Source: the human T2T-CHM13v2.0 reference genome, Homo sapiens. Taken from it: a DNA stretch of 64,000 nucleotides. Below, one piece after another: positions 56,611-64,000 of this stretch. The DNA lies in assembly GCF_009914755.1 (NCBI RefSeq), contig NC_060943.1. One strand, given 5' to 3'. The notes under the pieces were generated by a model. The model searched no databases. It saw only the letters and a program-made list of their open reading frames with translations, and was not told the DNA's origin. Every line of letters begins with the position of its first letter. Positions within the stretch are counted from its first letter, which is position 1. The position numbers and the translations under genes are program-made.

Positions 56611-57274
56611 CTACAACATCAAACACACTCCACCTAAATCTTGCAATAAAGGTCCACTGGAAAAGGGATAGCACTGAGAAATGTGAAAAAGATGTGTAGG
56701 GAAAGGTGTCAGATTCTTAAGAGACCATATTCAACTTTATTACAGTTAAACACATATAAAGTGTATTATATTTTAGGTTTTTCCTTTTCATAATAAATGC
56801 TGTAAAGAACAACTTTTTGCATAGATATTACCCACCTATTTTCTTAGGTAAGTTCCAAGAAGTGAAAAATCACAATGTCAAAGAATATGCAACTTCCAAA
56901 TTATGATGTACGACAGATTTTCTTTTCAATTTTTCCCTGTCTTATCCTTCCCCCAAGATAAAGTATCATTGATTTTCCATACCATAGATAACACTGAATA
57001 TAACCAATTTTTAAAAAATCCTAGGCAATCTGTTCATTAAGAAACAACTGGGTTTTTTGGTCTGTAATTAACTAGTAAGATCATATTTTCGTATATTTAC
57101 TGGACATCTTTATTTTTCTTTGGTATCTCACCTGTTACTGTCCTTTTATTGATATTCCATTTAGAATTTTATCTTATAACTCTGTAAAATTTCTAGTGAT
57201 GATTTTAAGTCGTTTTTTAGCATATACGTTGTTGTTCACCTACATTTTGCTGGTGTTTTATAGCTTTGTGTTCA

Positions 57275-57830
<556 letters not shown>

Positions 57831-59081
57831 TAACTCTTCATATGAAGACTGTTCATCCCTGGAGCCCTGCACATTCAGGTACCCTAAATGAATGACAGTG
57901 GTCATAGAGAAGAAGAGGCCACTGGAGAGTGAATCGAGTAGGGGCAGTATTAGCTGAGGCATCTTCCACTAACCAGGACAAGCTAGGCACCCACACAAAA
58001 AGGGCCAGGTCCACTAAGTGGAGAATTCTTTTCCTTTGCCTCTCTCTCTTCAGTCAAGTAAAAATCCTGGAGTCTTTTGAAATCAGTTGGATCTTTGGTA
58101 TCCTATGTGAAACTAAGCAACTTTCCACAATTCTACAGTCTTGTTTCTTTGTAATTAAAATGCACATGAGACCAAGGACTGCCTCATAAAGTTGGTTTGA
58201 GGAATAAATACAGTAAGAGAAGTATCTGGTAAGTCCTCTTGTACTGCTAGACTTTTAAAATTAAGTACATTATTACTTCAATAAAATAAGTTAACATAAG
58301 AGTAAAAGAATACGGATCAGTAAGTAAACATACATAGGGTATAACTCAGGCCTGGGTAAGAAAAATCTAGCTTTCTTTTGTGGAAATATCTAATAATATT
58401 TTCTCTAAAATCAGTGGCATCATGTCACACGATGTCATATCTGAATCATTGACATAGGAACTACCCAAAGTACCACATATCAAAAGTACTTTTTCAATAT
58501 AGTGTTTCTATAACATTAAAAGTAAATAATAGCAAAACTCCTTCAAATTGCTTTTTGGAAAAAATGGTTATTTGTGGGAAAACTGTAGTAACAATTTTCA
58601 GTAAAAATTCTAAACTACCTAAACATTGATGAATGAGGAGAAAAGTTATCTCACATACACACCACAGAGTAACATCAATTCAAGGGACTATAAAAATATG
58701 GAGCAAGTAATATTAATTAGAAAAGATGTAACTTGAACATTTTGTCTATACAATGCTTATAAATACGCAGTTATGAATACATCTGAGGAAAAGAACATGG
58801 AAAATCAAAACAGTTGTTTTGTAAGGGAAACAGTAGGAAAATGAGAGATTTTTATTGTTACTGACTTTTCTATTCTATGCTTATTTATCAAATTATAAAG
58901 TCATAAAATAAAGCAACAAAAATTAAACAACACAAAAGTAAAAAGCAGCAAGCATTTGGCACACAAGAGGTTCTCAAATGTCTACCGTTCTCCTTCATCT
59001 TCCTAACAAAGAGAATAAGGTGTATGTAATCTTTCCGAAATGAGATGACAATTATTACGGAGAAAGGGAGGTCCAACTCAC

Positions 59082-59096
59082 CTTAGACTTCGTCAT
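59082..59096 (-). CDS. ZNF45: ZNF45 start-codon exon (MTKSK); whole exon probably 59082-59128
   Basis: aaaATGACGAAGTCTAAG|gtgagt. Long polypyrimidine tract plus taag acceptor at 59128. Confidence 0.9.
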
Positions 59097-59725
59097 TTTG
59101 TCCTCCTCCTTCTGGAGAAGTGCCAAGTCTTAAGAGGGAAGGAGAAAACATGAGGGAAGGAGAAAAAAGCCATGAGAGTTTGGCCAAAAAAAAAACCATA
59201 GCTGTTTTTTTGTTTTGTTTTGTTTTTTTTAACGTGAAATAGCAACAGTGTTCCTTCCTCGGGCTGGCTTGATGAACAGAAACTAGGCTGGATTCCAGAT
59301 ACTACTTGTCCCTTTGGCTGTAAGACCCTGGCAGCAAGTGACCTGCCCGACCACACAGAGTATGCCCCCAACATAATTTCTCCTTGTGGCTCTCAGGGTA
59401 TGACTGATTCTAGGGAGAGTAGAAATTGAGAGTAAAATACCCAGATTAAGAGTATTTGGCCCCTCTGGAGCCAAATGCCTAGATTTATGGCATTGCTATT
59501 TATTCGCTATGAAATCCAGGACAAATTATTAATATCTCTGTGCCTCAGTTCTTTCATCCATAAAATGAAGAGATTAACAATGAGAGAATTAACAATCTCA
59601 TAGGATTGTTTACAAATTAAATGAGGGAAAAAGCTCAAAGAATATTTTCAGAGTACCTTATTTCTTAGCTGCAGAAAAGCACATAACATAAAACCTGTGC
59701 TCATTAATGGTTTCTACCAATAAAT

Positions 59726-60034
59726 TCTTTGTTTTTTTTTTTTTTTTTTTTTTGAGAGAGGGTCTTGCTCTGCTGCCCAGGCTGGAGTGCAGTGGCACAA
59801 TCATGACTCACTAAAGCCTTGACCTCCTGGGCTCAAGCGATCCTCCCACCTCAGCCTCCCAAGTAGCTGGGACCACAGGTGTGCACCACAATGTCCAGCT
59901 AATTTTTTTACTTTTTGTAGAGACGAGGTCATGCTATGTTGCCCGAGCCAGTCTCAAACTCCTGAGCTCAAGTGATCCTCCTGCCTCAGCCTCCCAAAGT
60001 GCTGGGATTACAGGTGTGAGCCACCACACTCAGC
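59726..60034 (-). mobile_element. AluJ
   Basis: Alu consensus, TSD aattcttt. Confidence 0.9.
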
Positions 60035-60161
60035 TGATGAATTCTTTAGTAGAGGTTTTTTAACCTCTACTTTAACCTCGCCTTTAACCTCTGAAATACC
60101 TGTTATTCTCTCTTGGTTTCCCATACTTAATTTGAGGCTTTTGCAATAGTATTTAAGATTA

Positions 60162-60499
60162 CAGTGGTCCTTCCTATCCATAGTTTTGCTTTCTGTGGTT
60201 TCAGTTACCTGAAGTCAACTATGGCCCAAAAATAGGTGAGTACAGTGCAGTAAGATATTCTGAGAGAGAGAGAGAGACCATGTTTATAGAACTTTTGTTA
60301 CAGTATTTTATCATTATTCTATTTTATTATAAGTTATTGTTGTTAGTCTCTTACTGTGCCTAATTTATAAATTAAGCTTTATCATAAGTATGTAGGTAAA
60401 GGAAAAACATAGTATATTTAGGGTTCAGTAATATCTGAGGTTTAAGTCATTCACTGGGGGACTTGGAAGGTATCTGCTGTGGATAAGGGGGGACTACTG
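60162..60499. mobile_element. Tigger4/Zombi-type MITE
   Basis: TIRs cagtggtccttcctatcc / ggataaggggggactactg, TA on both sides. Confidence 0.8.
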
Positions 60500-60756
60500 T
60501 ACATAGATGACTGCTTTTTTTGATAGTAAAATATGTAACATAAAATTTACCATTTTAACCATTTTTTAAGTGGTTACATTCAGTAAGTACATTTACATTG
60601 TTGTGCAGCCATCACCACTATCCATCATCAGAATTTTTTATGTACCCATTAAGTAATAATTCCCCATTCCCCCTCCCAGCCCCTGATAACCACGTTATCT
60701 CTATGAATTTGACTATATGGACTGGTTTCTAAAAGGTATAAGACCTTGCAAAATTT

Positions 60757-60902
60757 GGCTGTGTAGAGTGGCTCATGCCTGTAATCCTAGCACTCTGGGA
60801 GGCCAAAGTGGGAGGACTGCTTGAGGCCAAGAGTTCAAGACCAACCTGGCCAACAGAGTGATCTCTAAAGAGAAAAAAAAAAAATCTAAAAAAAAAAAAA
60901 AA
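60757..60902 (+). mobile_element. Alu left monomer (FLAM-like)
   Basis: TSD aagaccttgcaaaattt. Confidence 0.85.
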
Positions 60903-61147
60903 GACCTTGCAAAATTTACTTTAACAGTAGGGCCTTAAAAAGACTATCATAGAGACAGAGAAAATTTAATAAAAAATCATGACTCTGCAAGATTTATGCA
61001 ACTATAAATTAGATAATGTCACTGAAATTAACAAGCTATAGGAAGCACAATAATAACAACAAAAATGGTGATATTTAACTAAATACATATTAGGGACCTT
61101 ATGAAGAACTTGGCACATGATGTTTCATTAAGGTACTTCACACATAC

Positions 61148-61220
61148 CTGTGAAGAAGCTACTGTTGTATCAGTTGTGTGACCTTGGTCCAAACACCTAA
61201 ACTTCTGTGCCTATGCTCAG
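61148..61220 (-). other. Candidate ZNF45 5'UTR exon in MIR-like sequence (another candidate at 61416-61471)
   Basis: Acceptor ttttcatttcccttcttatag|, donor CAG|gtatgt. Confidence 0.4.
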
Positions 61221-61875
61221 CTATAAGAAGGGAAATGAAAACAGGATGTTAATCATAGGATTACTGTGAGGAATCAATGAGTGAATTTATGCAATGCCCT
61301 TGGCATAGTACCTGGCATTTTAGGGAGTTCTCAACAGATGATAATGACGACAATTGTATCCATTTAACAGGCGAGGAAGCTGAGGCTTGGTGAGGTCAAG
61401 AGGCAGGAACAGTACCTGAATCCAGCTTTCATACCAGAGCCAGTATTCTAAATCTTGTCTCTCTGTTGCTTCTAAAGACAAAAATAAGCAGATGGGAGTC
61501 TAAGATCTCATGGAAGGAGAAATGAGGGCTCCAGAGTTAGGGGTAAAAGACAGACACAGAAATGGAGATTGGACTCTGAAGCCAAGGGAGCTGCTTGAGG
61601 GAGTAGAGAACAGAGTTGTGAACAGTCTAGACTCCAGAACCAGCCCACCAGTACTGGAATACAGGCATGTCCAACTTGCTAGTACTTTGTGCTCTAATGT
61701 CTAATCTATAAACTGGATGTAATAATAATACCTACTTCATAGGAAGGTCAGTGAAAGTGACTAAGTATACACAAAACATGTGGAACAGTTTCTGGCAGCT
61801 TAAACAATCAATAGAAGTTACACATAAACCCATGCAGATGCTTTACATGAAACAGTCAGGGAGCCCCTCCCTTGC

Positions 61876-62229
61876 TGCTGTGGACCAATGTCTGTGTCCC
61901 CTCAAAATTCTTATGTTGAAGCCCTAATGTGATGTTATTGGGAGGTGGGGCCTTTAGGAGGTAATTAGGTCATGAGGGTGAAGCCTCCATAATGGGATTG
62001 CTTTCCTTGTAAGAAAAGCAAGTAACCTAGCTCTTTCTCTCTTCCTCCCAGGAAGATACAAGACAACAGCTTCTGCGAACCAGTAAGAGTGGCCTCATTA
62101 GACATTGGATTTGCCAGTGACTTGATCATGGACTTCCCAGTCTCCAGGACTGTGAGTTATAAAGGTTTGTTGTTTAAGCCACCCAGCCTATGGTATTGTT
62201 TGTTATAGCAGCACAAATGGACTAAGACA
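61876..62229 (+). mobile_element. MLT1A-like LTR
   Basis: tgctgtggac...ggactaagaca. Confidence 0.82.
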
Positions 62230-62234
62230 CTCAC

Positions 62235-62368
62235 GGAGTCTGCAGCTTCACATGGCTTGATGATGGGGAAACATGGGCTGGATTCCAGATTCCACTTGAC
62301 CCTTCAGCAGAGAGCCTCTGCACAGTGAAAAATGGAGTTCTTGTAGCTCTCAGGGTATGATTCTGATT
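62235..62368 (-). other. Candidate ZNF45 5'UTR exon
   Basis: Acceptor tttccaccctccatag|, donor |gtgagt. No transcript evidence available. Confidence 0.45.
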
Positions 62369-62445
62369 CTATGGAGGGTGGAAACGAGTAAAATACCCAG
62401 ATTAAAAGCTTAGTATTAGTTAATTACTGCTTGATTTATTAGTAA

Positions 62446-62855
<410 letters not shown>

Positions 62856-64000
62856 TAGAATTTGTAATTCACTTTGTTCTAACTCTATATTTGCCCAGCA
62901 ACCTCTGCTCAGTAAGAATGTTTTGCAGGGGATATATTTCCATCGCCTCGGGAAAAAAAAGAGATAATAGCAAATCAACCATCTGTCTTGTGATGAATGT
63001 TTATTCAGCTTTATATCCCAAGTACCTAAAACAGTTCCTGTACAAAGTAATTGCCCAGCAGAAATGACTGAACCCACCATCAGACATGGAGAGGCATATA
63101 GGAAGACTAGACTAGTTGGTCTAAGTCTCCCTGAGACTGACTCCAGTTGGGAAGATTTGGAGAGCAAGGGTTTTATTTCCAAATTTTTCCTCTAGGTCTT
63201 TCACCATATTTGCTGTCCTTGGGCAAGATCAGAGTCATCTTTGGAAGGAAAAGCATCTCTGGATTTTGTTAAATACCATCTTAGGAAAGTACTCTCTGCT
63301 CTTCAAAGTCAGCGACGACATGAGTCACTGTTACAGAACCCACAGAATGTGTCCCTTAAAATACTGAGAATGAACACTATTTTACTGCCTGCATAATTAG
63401 CACTAGACAGGTGAATTTATTACTACTTCATTAAATAGATGAGTTTATTAACTCAGTGAAGACTTGTGGGAACCTTACTAAAAGAGATGCAATTCCCCAG
63501 CCTCAAGATGCTCACAGTCTAGTGATGAGGAAGCTGGCAATTCCACTATACATGGCTAAATGCCAGAGTAGTGCACAGCATCCTTTAGCGGCATGAGGAA
63601 TGGGCTCATAAGCCCACAGTGGAATGCAGGGGTTCTACACAAACGTAGCTTAATCTGAGCCCTGGAGGGTGACTGAGCTCTATTAGCCAGAGAATCCAAA
63701 TCACTATAAAACTCCCAGAGAACAAATGTCATGATGTGAAGACAAATAACAGGCAGAAAGAGATGGGCAGGAAGGCAGAATTCAAACCATGATGACGTTC
63801 AAGTCACAAAATTATCTGCAAGTCAGCAGGAGAACACTGAAGGACTTCTGGAAAGGAGAGTAAAAAGATTCCTTTCATGTTAGAAACAGATTACCCTCTC
63901 AAACGGGAGGAGGCTTGAGGGGGAGGAGGCTAGGGCCAGAGAGACTATTAGGAGAGCCACACTAAGAAACTCTTTCTTCTTTATTCAAATGTCACCACCT

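Overview
Primate (most likely human) genomic DNA from a KRAB zinc-finger gene cluster; the protein sequences point to 19q13.31. Two minus-strand genes can be rebuilt exon by exon from GT-AG junctions. ZNF404 has CDS exons 20854-20862, 16909-17035 and 9454-10976 (552 aa; KRAB-A only, 14 intact C2H2 fingers plus 1 degenerate). ZNF45 has CDS exons 59082-59096, 56484-56610, 55781-55873 and 50298-52111 (682 aa; KRAB-A plus divergent B box, 15 intact plus 4 degenerate fingers). A CpG-containing promoter with a ZNF143-type motif lies between them (~38.6-39.1 kb). Most of the rest is nested transposable elements: young and old L1, about 25 Alus, Tigger1/2/4, hAT-Charlie, MER1/5/20, MaLR LTRs and an ERV env relic. 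There are no prokaryotic features, CRISPR arrays, rRNA or tRNA genes, and I found no convincing new protein-coding system. The most unusual signals are mechanistic. (1) A young L1 retains only its 5' ~2.8 kb (promoter, intact ORF1, EN domain), has no poly(A), yet is flanked by a perfect 10-bp TSD, and carries a frameshift-extended 168-aa ORF0. (2) An inverted L1 appears to carry a 3' transduction inside an MLT1 LTR. (3) Two templated-insertion scars. (4) Both ZNF genes end in frameshifted fossil fingers. Repeat family names and boundaries come from recalled consensus sequences and are approximate.
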